Assembly: GCF_006345805.1 (NCBI RefSeq)
Contig: NC_042999.1
Span: 80,972,001-81,036,000 of the forward strand
Direction: 5' to 3'
DNA length: 64,000 bases
Source of the DNA: Octopus sinensis
Taxonomy: Eukaryota
Shown here: piece by piece, positions 10,758 to 24,019 of the stretch
Position numbering within the stretch: position 1 is the first letter of the stretch
Layout: every line of letters begins with the position of its first letter
Made by a program: the position numbers and the translations under genes
Notes under the pieces: generated by a model
The model's database searches: none
Seen by the model: the letters and a program-made list of their open reading frames with translations, nothing else
Told to the model about the DNA's origin: nothing

Positions 10758-12989
10758 TATACCAATCTGTTTATCTCTATCTCTTCTCATTTTTTCTCTC
10801 TCTCTCACTCACCTTCTTGCTCACCCTTAGAAAGGTTTTACATTTAACTTTACATATATTAAATGATTATTATATTTATCTTTGCATATATGCACATACG
10901 CACTTACACACAAGCACGCCCGAGCACACACACACACATGCACGCCTCCTTACACACACAGACAGACGTACACGCGCGCACATACACACACACTCACACA
11001 CAAATTCATACACACAAACATATACTGAATTTTTTTTGTAAGTGGAACAGACATAAATACGAACATTAAAAAGCGAAAAATCTTAAATATAAAAGAAACC
11101 ATAATGTTTAATTCAGTCTAATGTTATTTGCGGCCATAATAGTTGAAAGGTATCTTTTCCGCAATTGTTCATACCAGCTGCATAAGAATTTTACTATTAC
11201 CTGCGAAGGGCCTGACTTTTATGTCTGTTGGGGATGGGCGTTTACATTTTCTTACCTAGTAACATTTATATAGGGCTGCACCTGAAATCAACTAAAGGGG
11301 TTAATTATCAGATAGCTGGTTGATTTTCGATGCACCGGAGATCATTCACTTTATCTGCGTTATATATTATTGAACGACAAAAATAGAATAGTAAAAGATT
11401 TTGGAGACAAGGTATGTTTCTTGGTAACTGGTGTCTATTATGATTCAATTCATTCAACAAACTTTTACTGATTGAAAGGTATACATTAGATAATCTGACA
11501 AGCTGATAAATAATCGGAGGAAATCCGTAGTGCTTTCAATAAACTGTATCCATACAGCACTCGAATGAAAGTAAATAGCGGGGTAAATAGTACCAAAACA
11601 AGGTTTCTTATCCCTCCAAACAGTTCGTATAAAGATATAATATTTTTTGTTTGAATGACTATATGAAAAGGAAGTTCAAGAAGAGCTCCTTATTTTGATA
11701 GATAATTGCATCAAACATTCATTGCAAACATTACAATGATTTTACTGAAGATAAACTTTGGAGAATAGTGAAACTGAAATACTTCAAATTTCCTAAAGTT
11801 TGAGTAACAGAGTACAACAGTGTAGAAATTAATCTGTTAGAAGCAATAAGATTTGGATGTTAACGATTACAGCAAAAGCTTAAAACCACGATCATAACAC
11901 GAAGTATGAAGTAGCAGTAATCAAATATTATAGAACGCAGCCCAATGAATGAAGAAGAAAAATGTTTTACTCTGATTAGAAGTTGAAAACATATGGTCTC
12001 AAATCACTTATAATATATCTGGTGTATTACATTATGCTTGTGATGCCTTATGAAATCGTGTTGTGTGTTTCTGGAAGATATCGGCTAAGATAACCGTTAT
12101 CATGTTCGAACCAGCTAATAAAAGCTAGAAATTTTCGTTCCATTTGGTGTAATACAAGTAACGAACGTCACTGGAAAACATACCAGGATGTTGCTTACAA
12201 ATACCTGATAATATCTTCCATTATAGATTATAGAATTTATCGGCAAGTTAGGGATAACTGTGATTAAACCAGTTAGTTTCCAAACGTTGAGTTCACTTAG
12301 CACACTGTACGCACTGCAGGTCTTATACTTCACGGCTTGTATTCAATGAACCTCCTGCAGAATAGATTGCTACTTCCTTAGCACGTACTTCTGATGACAA
12401 TTTCTCAAAGAAAGAAGATATATGTCTGCCACAACATTAGATCACAAAGAGATTTTAGCGCTACAGAAATTTGCACTTAGTTGTTCGTTATGTACCAGTG
12501 GTTATATCCTCTTGAACACTTGTATTTATTTGATTTGCAATAATGAGTGAGATTTAAATAATCGGTATGAATGCACAAATGTTTCAATCGTAGCGATTAT
12601 TTTTAATCGCTGAAAATTGAAGTTGGATGAGTGAGCAAGTCTCTTACTATACTGATTTCTGCCTTTAACGTTATTCACGTCATTCATTTTATATAGGCAG
12701 GATATGAGTAAGTATTCATAAAATGTATACAGATGTCCAGTCACTGGGTTAAAATTCATTAAAACAGACATTTCTTTAATTCATGGATAAGATTTCCTGT
12801 TGAGGTTATAATTTAAACAGCGACCACAGCGGCACAGTAAAACGTATCATAGTCTGATCACAACACTACCCAAAATAATTACATCCGAATTCTGTACGGA
12901 GTTCTTTTACCTTCTGAGGTTATATGCAACGTACATATATGTATACATATAGAGATAGACAGAGACAAAGATATGTACAGGTATACTCA

Positions 12990-13032
<43 letters not shown>

Positions 13033-13914
13033 GTGTTTATATATATATAAACACACACACACACATACACAATTCTGTCTATGTTTTCGCGCGTGTGCTT
13101 ACGTAAATGTATATGTGTGCATTGTTGATTTTAAATTGCAACATCTATAATTACTTTTGCTATTCATCTTGAATGTATTGAAAATAATCTCACAGTGTAC
13201 TATGTGAAAATACCATGGTTCTATTAAACTCAAAACTATTGTTATTCAATTAACTTTATTTATTTTTCGTAATTGATCAATGTATTTCTCTCATACAAAT
13301 CACAAGTTATAAATTTGTAAATTCTTATATCGTATCTAAATTGTAGAAACAAGTAAATTCAAATTATTTTCCTAATTCAAATATATGAATCTTATTATAA
13401 ACTTTTTAACTATACTTTGTTTCTTGCTATCATTATCTTCTTTAGTTATATTTTATAATTTCGCGTTTACACTTCATATAAATAACGATTTATTTCAATG
13501 ATGACAAGTTACAAACCTTCTCATGAAATTTAATAATATATCTAATAGTTGGAATTCTGATATAAATCAATAAGTAAGAGTTTGTAAGAGATCCGTATAC
13601 AATTAAACTATGTACATTTGAAAATTTTAGAAACTATTATATCCAATTCTGTGTTTCGTATTATGGTTTTGATATTTATTTCACATCTCAGTTGGAATTG
13701 AAAAGACACATCCGCAATTGTCGCACAAAGTTCGAGACTGTTTGGTGGAAAGGAAGGCGGGATTTTATGATCGATAGTCTATTGTTGTTTCACTTATCGT
13801 TGAGAGGGAGAAACCCATTTTTATGAATGCACGTTTATGCATAAGAGGCTCATGAAGATATAATATTTGAAGTATACAGGTACAGTCTATCGGGCTTTCC
13901 CATAGTTTCCTTGT

Positions 13915-14284
13915 ATTCTTTTATTCTTTTACTTGTTTCTGTCATTTGCCTGCGGCCATACTGGAGCACCGCCTTTAGTCGAAAAGCCTAGTACACATCA
14001 TATCGACTCTTTTTTGCCGAACCGTTAACTTACGGGGACGTAAACATACCACAGACACACAAACACACACACACACACACACACATACACACACATACAC
14101 ACACATACCCACACATACACACACAAACATATACATATATATAAATACGACGGGCTTCTTTCAGTTTCCGTCTACCAAATCCACTCACAAGGATTTGGTC
14201 GGCCCAAGGCTATAGTAGAAGACACTCGCCAAAGGAAACACGCAGTGGGACTGAACCCAACCATTTGGTTGGCAAGCAAGCTAA
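13915..14284 (-). mobile_element. tRNA-derived SINE family A (head slightly truncated)
   Basis: Same body and tail as 1599-2018. Confidence 0.9.
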
Positions 14285-14285
14285 T

Positions 14286-16040
14286 TTATTTTTATTAAAT
14301 TTGCCATAAAGGCAGTACACAGAGTAAAATAGCTTTGCGGGATGGACACGGACATTAATGAGATGAATGATAATGATACAAGGATGATAAGGATGGAGAA
14401 GACAGAAAGCGCCCGCCGACCCTCTGCTTCTCTATAGCATTGATTTTTCACAGCCATACATTTGAGGTATTAAACCTCTTACAATTTTTCGATATTTACA
14501 ATTCATTTGGACTAAAAAGTCCATTACATTTAAACACACACTTGAGGCAAAAAACCTCTTATACTAAGTCTTCCTTTCACCATCCCCGATTAACCCTCTT
14601 GCGATCTGCAGGCAATCCCGCATCCGCAAGTCTGTGCCCCACAAGAGAATTCTGTAATCCTCCTTAAAGGACTCCGTTATATGAACTAATTCCATTCTTT
14701 CCTGTACAAGAGCAGCCATCTGCGGAGGCCCCTCTGGACTGTCAATATAATCCGAGTCCATCAAAACCCGACTATCTAGAGAATTCGCCACAAAGTTCTC
14801 AATAGCCCCTCCCTTGCGATAGAAGAACACAAATTCATCTCTTTCACCGGGAGGGGCCTCAAATTGCTCGCTCGGTGGCTCGCTCGGAGGCATCATTTCC
14901 TCCAGCGAAGCCACGCGACATGCCGGCAGTGCATTACAAACCGACGGCACTGTCCCGTTTTTATTTGTCTTCTCCCTCCTCCAGCGGCAAACATCCTACC
15001 GAATGTGTTACGAGACATGCTACCAGTACACAGCAACCGTCGGCAATGCCCCGTTTTTCTTCTTCCTCCTTTTTACCTTTACGATGGGAGGGCGGAGTTC
15101 CTCCGACTTTGCCGGAGGTTTCTCCTTCCCTCTCGCCGCCTTAGGATCCGTCACCGGGCAACCATTGTTGCCCACCTTCTTTCATTTTATTCCTTTTGTA
15201 TTCGAGGAGGTTACCTCCTCCTCGCCTTGCTCCCTCTCTCCCTCCAATGGGAGATCAGGGGGCTCCTCAACAATTATCTGTTCCAGGACATTTGCCTTGT
15301 TCCTACGACAGTTTTTCTTTATGTTCCCCGATTCCAGGCACAGGTGACACTTTAGGGGCGTCCCTCAAGGATCACCAGGTACCTGGAACCGGCCATCGTT
15401 AAGTAATCTTGTAACACCAGATCATCGGCTGATTGGGTCCATAGGGTCAAAAGCAACTTTGACCCCACCCAATCGGCCGCAGGCAGAACTTTTACATGCA
15501 GAAGCTTGACGGTGCTGCCACCCAGCCCCCGACGGATAGAATCCTCTATCCATTCGGGCTCCGTATCGGGTGGAGGCCCACACACCCAAGCTCTTTTTCA
15601 GTTTTTGCCCACCGTATGTGGGGAGAAACAAAATTTTCTCCCCTTTTACAGGTTGGCTTGCGAATTTTTGCGCCTCCGCAGGTGTGTCGAAAAGCACACA
15701 GACAGTTGTGTACTTCGCACGCCTGCGGATAAACCTGAAAGTTGGCAGGAACCCTGCCTGCTCATTTTCAATATCATTGCGAGAGAAAACCGTAATGGTG
15801 TCGAGAGATCTACAATAGGTTCTCAACACCTCGTTGAAATCCTGCAACCACTTTACTACTTTCATCCAACTCTAGCCGACTCCGTAAATGCAAGGTAAAT
15901 CCAATGGTAAATCTAATGGTAAATCCAGGGTACGAATAGAAGACAATTTTCACAAAAATCGCCTTACTTGTAGTTGTGCTTCAATTTTTCAATATTTCAA
16001 CATCGAACGACTTGACTCCCAAGCATGAAAAAACACGCAC
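14286..16040 (-). mobile_element. L1/Tx1-clade non-LTR element consisting essentially of a decayed ORF1 plus 3' end (HAL1-like)
   Basis: ORF1 fragments (MKVVKWLQ...; ...YLVILEGRP) lead, after a 1-nt frameshift, to a degenerate zinc knuckle CHLCLESGNIKKNC at about 15305-15350. The frame stops at 14564. No APE or RT motifs follow. An AATAAAAATAAA-type end lies near 14290. Confidence 0.65.
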
Positions 16041-16047
16041 ACTCCTG

Positions 16048-16092
16048 TGAAGTAAGCAAGCTACTTTCCACACAGCCACTCTTGCGCCTGTA
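16048..16092 (-). mobile_element. SINE family A head fragment
   Basis: gtaagcaagctactttccacacagccactcttgcgcc matches the family head. Confidence 0.7.
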
Positions 16093-16559
16093 GTCAAAGA
16101 ATTTTATATAAAAATATAATGTAATGCAATGCTTTCGAATATAGATGTTCTTGAGTGTTAGAACGTGGAGTACAGTGAGTCCAGTTTGACATTAGTGTTG
16201 GTGTTGCAAGTGTCTGTTTGTGTTTACCCGCAAAATGTATGACTGTGTGACTTATGCTAAAAACCATTAGATATATTTCCCAAGTTAGAATACTGGAGGA
16301 CAGATAAAAAGCAGAGATATTCAATTACGGCAATTTATGTATTTAAATCCTGATATAGTTAATTGAAAGAAGTAACAGACAAATTATTCTACCAATATAA
16401 TTGATAGTGAGCTCATAGAAAATATGTTAGAAATCACAGAGTTTTAAACGCCTATATATCTGAAAAAATTACGCTTTTCAATGGAAAAACCGAATATCAT
16501 TCCAGTTCTATCTCATTTGATACAGCTTCTACTTCTTCAAGTGGTCGTAAACTAGATCC

Positions 16560-17490
16560 TTAGTTTCATGTTATGTGTATTTTCAGATAACGTTAATGCA
16601 GTTGATTAGTTTTCACTTCTTAGGATATGGATGTCTACCAAATATAACATCAGATATTATTTTTGAACGATCTTAATGTTGAGCTTGGCCTTCATCAAAG
16701 CTTTCCTAAATCTACGGGCTAGTTTGTCATGAGCTGTAGCCTCTCCAAACATCATTTCTTGATATTCGTCGGTCTTGTTCTACGTGTTCAACCTGTTTGC
16801 TTAGTCACAAACTCTTTGTCTTCTATCTCAGTCTTTACATCTATATCTAAGACAGGTACCACTAGCTTCATTACATATAATGATAACTTCTCTCTAGTAC
16901 ACCTGTATACCTGAATCCTGTCTTTCTGATCATATCCAGAATATTGCATGCGGTGCATGAAGTTCTATATACGTTTTTTGTTTCATAGGTTTTGCATATT
17001 GGGGACACCTTGTTCACTATCCTAAGTCTGCTATTAGTATGTTGATTTTCCTGATGTGTGACAAAGCTGAGCTCTTCTGAACAAGATATTTAGAAGCTAT
17101 GGACTTTATATCATAGGGGTGGAGGAGCTGCACACTGTTGTTCACAATCTCTAACCAAGATTCAGTATCAAGGGCGTGGAGTATATTGTTAGGGTGCCTA
17201 GTGGGGTAATCTATAGTTACCTTGATACTTTGGTGGATGGCTTTAGCTACATACTAGATGCACTCCACTATGTGCCTCGCGGTTTCTACGTTACTGTTAC
17301 TAGAGTTGGTCTTAACCAGAATATTAATGTTATCTACATACCTACAGTAAAGTAAAAGGGTTGTGGACTGTACTACTAAGGACTGTTTAAGATTTCTGTC
17401 CCACCAGGTATTGAAGAGGCCGGCTTCATCTCCAGCTACACCGACACCAATGGCTGCTCCTGCATGTATAACTTCCTGTTAAATTTTACT
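16560..17490 (-). mobile_element. Penelope-like element reverse transcriptase remnant
   Basis: Manual translation: GAAIGVGVAGDEAGLFNTWWDRNLKQSLVVQSTTLLLYCRYVDNINILV...IHQSIKVTIDYPTRHPNNILHALD...KSIASKYLVQKSSALSHIRKINILIADLG*. Further downstream: ARRFRKALMKAKLNIKIV. The catalytic YVDD has decayed to YVDN. Confidence 0.7.
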
Positions 17491-18997
17491 ATGTAGACCC
17501 CTTCCCCCCAAATTTTTAAAGTCTTGTGCCTTGAGTAGGAATAATTTTCAAGGTGAAAGGTATAAGCAAACTTATTACACAACCGCACGCCTACACTTCA
17601 AGCACAGTACTGACACACTATCGGTGATTCATTGACTCGTTATTGCCAAGCTTCAGGGATCCATTGACTTAGATAGCTGGATTTATGATTTCATTAGGTT
17701 AAATCTATTCATAAACATTTAAATTAGGAGTATTTCTTAAACCGTTAGCTCCACATTTCAACGGCTTAACTGAAATTTAAACCACGTAGCAGAAACTGAG
17801 TGGAATATCGTGGAACAGAGAAACTGAGGATGATAGAGATAATTTAACATTATTTTTGAATCCTGTAAGCAAAAACATGTAAGAAACAGGTATTCATTAC
17901 TTGGGACAAATTCCTTGTTGACCAGTATTATTCTTATAGTAGTTTACAAATCCAAGCATGTAAACGTTACTCAACTTTGAAGTTTCGGAGAGAGTTTTCA
18001 CACACAATCACACACATGCACTTTTATATTAAGGATGTACAGAAATGCATGTCAGGTATACACTGAAATACGCATAAAGTAATCGCATGCAGACGAATAT
18101 ATTAATATAACATTTTTTTTAATAATAAAAACAAGCAATCAATAAAGAGACAAAAGAAACAGTAACATGATACATGTTGATTATATTGGGTATTGCTTTC
18201 TATTTAGAAACCTACAATGAACAAGTCATGCGCTAAACTAGGATCTAGTTTTTCAGCCGCAAAATATGCCTGTTTTAAAAGGAAGTAAAAAATCTGAAAA
18301 TCGGCTATAATAGTGTAGTCTTCCAGTCTCATTGCTATGAAGGTATGATGTTGCGGGGAAAAAAATTGGAAGAAAAAGTTACAGAAAGTTTCAAAATCGG
18401 TAAAACTTTCTTTTTAGCCAATAGCGAGACAGGAATGAATTTTCTGCGCTTATCGACAAACCTAGTGTGTGAATATGTATGTTTGCGTGCATATATATAT
18501 TTCTTTACTACCCACAAGGGGTATATGCGTGCATATATAAGGGATAATGCATAGGATTTAGATTATTAATTTGCATGGAAAATTATAAATGAATGTGAAT
18601 CGAAACTTCTGTGCGGTTTGATCGTTAGTTTTATCGTTAAAAACACTGGTTTATTATTCTGTAAATAAAGGTTATTTTTTCATAGACCTACAGAAGATAG
18701 AATTTATGTTTGAAAACACCAGTTTGTAGCTATTTTGATAATTTCTTTTAATATAATTTTAAGAAGTAACATGTTTTCTGCTTTTGCATCCTGCATTTGA
18801 ACCTGATCTTTTTTAAATATCACATCATTGATTTTAAGAACAAAAGGGGAGGTTGGGAGAATGGGATCGAAGCAAAAATTTACGTAACACCTATAAATTA
18901 TCTGTACTTTATATTATTTTAAATGCATATGCATCAACATTATTTTGGCATTGAGTGCTATAAATTTTTCATACGGCAATGAAGCGATAGATTTTGC

Positions 18998-19075
18998 TCA
19001 ATACTTTCACTCATTACACCCACGTACGTATACGTATATACCCTGCCCTATATATATACATACACACACACACAC
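18998..19075 (+). repeat. Local direct duplication, copy 1 (copy 2 at 21636-21712)
   Basis: ttcactcattacacccacgtacgtatacgtatataccctgccctatatatatacatacacaca is essentially identical in both places, and each copy is followed by (TA)n. Confidence 0.85.
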
Positions 19076-19080
19076 ATACA

Positions 19081-19152
<72 letters not shown>

Positions 19153-20190
19153 TATGTACATATTTACGAGCCACCAGCTTGTGAACAACTTGTACAAATG
19201 ATTTGTTTATAGTGATCGAATTTCTGTGCTGTTCATTAGGTCACTTTTTCCATGAAACCAATATTGCTTGTATAAATGTGCGCTGTGCTACATGTTACAT
19301 GTTGAGAATAGGATACCAAATTGAGAATATCAGACTTAGCCTACCTTACTGGTCTGCACACGGAATGAAGCGACAGCGTTTCCATGCGACCGTCCCCATC
19401 TAAAGCAGGGTTTTGATGCCAAGAGTTATGCTTCTATTTTATACGGTACTATAACGTGGGAGCTATCAAGACTGTCTGTGAAAGCTTTGCCCAGATTTCA
19501 AAGTGGAACCCCACAGGCACACCTATGTTTGCATGTATGTATGTGCATATACACATAAACGCATAAATGTGTATAAACGCCATATATACCATGAGTAACA
19601 GAATATTAACGGTTAGAAAATGTCCAATAATGGTACTATATAGCCATGGCTATCTTCGGAATTTAAACGCTTAAACGAAAAACCATTTCAACCTTTCTAT
19701 CATAGTTTTCAACGATATTGATTTTTAGTCACTGTTCCGGTGATTATATTCCAATAATACTTTGAAAGTTTACAGACGTAATAAATGTCACAAGCAACAA
19801 TACGTAAGGAACACAGAAAATATGCAAAGCAACAAAAAAATATTTCAGACTACAAATTTAAAAAGTAGTGGAAACAAATAGCAACGACTAAAGTCATTAA
19901 GAAGTCAAGAAGGCAGAATATAATTGTCAGTGCATTAGCTTTATGGAGAATTGATGCATTAACTTCATGGCTTATAATTACTTTTCGTCCACCGAAGAAA
20001 TATTTTAGTTTGTTACCAGAAAGATTCAACTACGTAGTTACAAAGATTGTTTAAAATAGCCTCTCAGTGTATATGTATATGTTTCCCTCTCTACATCTTC
20101 CTCTCGCTTTCTCTTATATATATATATATATTTCGTTTTTGGATTTGGTTTGCAAGATTCTTTATATGAGTTCGTGTGTTGAAGCATATT

Positions 20191-20419
20191 CTGTTGTGTC
20201 TGGGGAGAGTCATTTTCTTTTTGTGATTTATAATGTAACACACCCACGGGTAAAACTACCACTAGTTTTCTTATTTTTGTTTTCCTAAAATTTCCGCTGC
20301 GTCTTGCAACCTTTTCAATAGTATTGACTATTGAAAAGGTTGCAAGACGCAACGAAAATTTTACCGGTGTGTTACATTATAGGGCACAAAAAGAAACTGA
20401 CTCTCTCCAGACACAGCAG
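20191..20419. repeat. Inverted repeat/foldback with a perfect 25-bp inner stem (20298-20322 / 20327-20351) and 4-nt loop
   Basis: Inner stem tgcgtcttgcaaccttttcaatagt-attg-actattgaaaaggttgcaagacgca. Outer imperfect arms ctgttgtgtctggggagagtc... / ...gactctctccagacacagcag. Confidence 0.9.
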
Positions 20420-20443
20420 TATATATATATATATATATGTGTG

Positions 20444-20474
<31 letters not shown>

Positions 20475-21635
20475 GTGTATGTGTGTGTGCGTGCGTAATC
20501 TCCATCAGGAAACACGTTGAATGGCCCCAAATAACACCGCGGCGACGTCCTCAAACGTGAAGAGTAAAATCTGCCGTGTTCGCAAACCATTTCTATCGTT
20601 CAGGATTTTACTGGTATAGTTTCTATAGATGCACTGTCATTGTAACTATGTTTTGATTAGATGAAGTGTTTTTACAGTGACATTCCAGAAACTTAGAACA
20701 TATAATCCCACCTCAGTTCCTCTTTTGTTCCCTAGTTCAATAATTTGTCATAACGACTAAGAATATCCTGATGTACGAACGTTTAAATTCAAATTTCTTT
20801 TTTATCTAAGTTCGTGTAGTGGCCTAATTACTTACCCGTGATTTTCATTATACTCAGAGTCACCTGAACTGCGTGGGTGCACTGCATGGATTGTATTCTA
20901 TTCCTAATGGTTGATATATAAAGCAAAATGAAAATGAGATTGTTGACAACGAAAAGTTTCAGAGGAAACATTTGCTTTCTTGAAAGACTGTAATTCAATT
21001 GCAAGGCTTTAAACGTCTACTTTTAAAAAGAGACACTTGTTAATTCTTCGTGATAATTTATAAATTACAAAAGACATTAAAGTGATAGCAGAAAAGCAAA
21101 AGATTACAAGAAAAAACACATTTGTTAATGAATGATTTAGTATTGTTATGAAAAAGCTGGTGTCTAGAGGAAATATATAACGTTATTTCATCTTCATTTA
21201 CTAAGTATTGTAATTCAATGGAATGGCCTTCTGTTTTTTTTTGGGAAAATATTATGACCAACGAAATATCTGAATCATGAACAGTGCTATAAAGAAAATA
21301 GTAAGTGCCTTTGCATTTAAAAAGAAATTCTAACGAGAAAATATAATTTCATCAGGAAATAAAATATTTTTTCCTTCCATTTAATTTAGCAAAATTAATA
21401 TACACAACAAAGTGCAACATTTACATACACTTAGGTCTATAAGAACAGACAAATGTGCGTAAAAACAGTATCGATGTTTCGTAAACAGTAATAAGATAAA
21501 ATATGGCTGAAAATAATTATTCAGTATCAATGAAACAACCATAATCTGGGCTCAACTGTTAACGGATTGATAGGACTTTTCATGACTGAAAATTCCGTAC
21601 GTATATCGCACTGCATATATCTCCCCATATGTGCG

Positions 21636-21712
21636 TCAATATTTTCACTCATTACACCCACGTACGTATACGTATATACCCTGCCCTATATATATACATA
21701 CACACACACACA
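21636..21712 (+). repeat. Local direct duplication, copy 2
   Basis: See 18998-19075. Confidence 0.85.
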
Positions 21713-21713
21713 T

Positions 21714-21777
<64 letters not shown>

Positions 21778-22543
21778 TATATATATATGTGAGTGTGTGT
21801 GTGTATGTGTGCGTGTATATAGTTAACAGTTCTAATATAAGTACTGTCAACATAGTTCACCACCCAGAGAGAGGGGTAAATATAATTTACAAAAGAGCTT
21901 TACGGTACATCAAGTTAACATATTTATATAACATGTCATGTATTTCAAGCAATCTTTCAGCCTCAGTTCATAACTTTAGATGGATTTACAAATCAAGATG
22001 TCTCTGAGAAAATATGAGAATAAGAAACATGAAGAAAAAGCACGAAAAACGTTGGTACAAAAAATAGTTAAGAAAAGCAAGATTTTTGTCTTCTTCGGCT
22101 GTAGGTATCCTATATAAAGTAGCTGGTGTAGAAAAATATATGCCAGAATGGAGGCCAAAATATGTGAGATAGATTCTCAATCTAGAGCGGTAGGTGTCTT
22201 ACAGGTCTACAAAAGAAATTTATACATGTGCTTGTATTTACGAACAATTTCGGATCTTGAATTAAGTTGTTTGGTGGAATTCTAGGACTATACAAAATGT
22301 GTTATCTTTCAATTCGGATAACATGCATCTCTGTGATCCATTTATATACAACATAGATTTCCTTCACATTATAAAATTGGCTCTATGTGGTGTACATTTG
22401 TTCTTCAGCTCACATACGTCATAAAACATAAAACTCTTAGTAACCCCTTTGCAAAATTTTGTATTAAATGATATACATACGTACATCAAAAAACTTATAC
22501 ATACATACACAAAAACGCGCACACACGCACAGACACAGACACA

Positions 22544-22581
<38 letters not shown>

Positions 22582-22762
22582 ACACACACACACATATTTA
22601 TATATAAAGTCACATAGATGTACATCTCCACTTATGCACCGGACAGTCTTCCACTAATATACATATACGGATACACTTATATACACGAACACATATATAA
22701 TAATATTTGCAGTCTACGGACATTTTTACTCACGCTGACAACTCCTGAAAAAAAACTTTTTT

Positions 22763-22834
<72 letters not shown>

Positions 22835-22838
22835 ATAA

Positions 22839-22896
<58 letters not shown>

Positions 22897-22904
22897 TATA
22901 TATA

Positions 22905-23290
22905 CGACAATCTTTACTACAGCAACGATCGTTTCCGCCTGTCTTGCATCGATTCTTCACGTTTGGGATATTGTACAACTGGTCGTGGTGCAACCATCGG
23001 TGCAAAAGTATTTCATCAGGTGAGTTTACATGATATTTCTAGTTAGATAAACCCTGTTTCGCTCGGTTTTAAAGCAGCATGTTGTAGGTTTTAGCCATTG
23101 GGCAGGAATAGCGAGGGACGGATTCCAGTGCAATAGTTTTTAACGTTTGTCTACATGTATTTAATAGTAAATCAATGACAGGTAGTAACAAAGAAAAATA
23201 TGTAAAATAAGTAAAAAGTAAAAACAAAAAATGAAATATAAAATAAAATAAGTAATTATATGTGTAAATACACATATAGATACTTCCGTG
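22905..23290 (-). mobile_element. Decayed pLTR-like repeat (family B) with degenerate long-stem-II hammerhead motif
   Basis: CTGATGA(23019-23013)...GAAAC GATC GTT(22935-22924). Aligns with about 35530-35770(+). Confidence 0.5.
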
Positions 23291-23419
23291 CATACACCTG
23301 TAGTCTTGTGCGCGCGAGCAAGCACACACACAGATACACACACACAGACACACACACACACACACGCGCACACACACACACACACACACTCACACACATA
23401 CACACACACTCGAATGCGC

Positions 23420-23961
23420 AGTTAAGTAGATGTCATTAAACTAAATGATAAACGTCGAACCGGTCTCGTGTCTGGCAAAACAGTCTTTACGCCTTTGCTT
23501 CGGTGCCAGTAACAGTACCGTCTAGGTGAAGGGGTCGGTCCTCTTTTTTGTTCGTATATCCTTTTATGGCTATTGTGCACACAGACACATACACACATAC
23601 ACACACAAATTGTAAATTAACATACTGACATATATATATATATATATATTCACACGCACAATCATACTCTCTTATACACACACGCACCTTCATCTTGAGG
23701 GTCATCTTTACATTTTTATCTCCCCTACTTCTCCCCCCTCGTGTGTGACCCTTCTGTCCGAAGTCATTCACCATGATAAATCGTTAGTCACTACACACAT
23801 TTTTTCTCTCCTTGTCTCTCTCCTGTTTTTTTCTGTGTCCCTTTCTGTAGAAGAGCGTAGGCTCGAAACGTAAAAGACTTTTTCTATTCCTGAGCGTTAT
23901 ACTAATACCTGTTTGATTTGTACACCACCTGTCTCTGTCTTTTGTTTTTTTCGTAAACTCT

Positions 23962-23970
<9 letters not shown>
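23420..23970 (+). mobile_element. pLTR-like repeat family D, second copy, with a possible upstream GIY-YIG tail remnant
   Basis: About 23660-23970 is homologous to 2290-2635. 23420-23560 weakly resembles a PLE endonuclease C-terminus (low support). Confidence 0.55.
23837..23878 (+). ncRNA. Hammerhead-like motif with non-canonical core (CUGUAGAA)
   Basis: gtc-cc-ttt ctgtagaa GAGC gtag GCTC GAAA CGT A aaa-gac. Stems I and II are complementary, stem III is the palindrome ACGT, and the putative site is GUA. Confidence 0.4.

Positions 23971-24019
<49 letters not shown>

Noticed and set aside
12060-12530. Possible APE endonuclease remnant (CRIDCYFLS...TLDHK)
   Set aside because: Only one weak motif, with many stops. 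Insufficient support.
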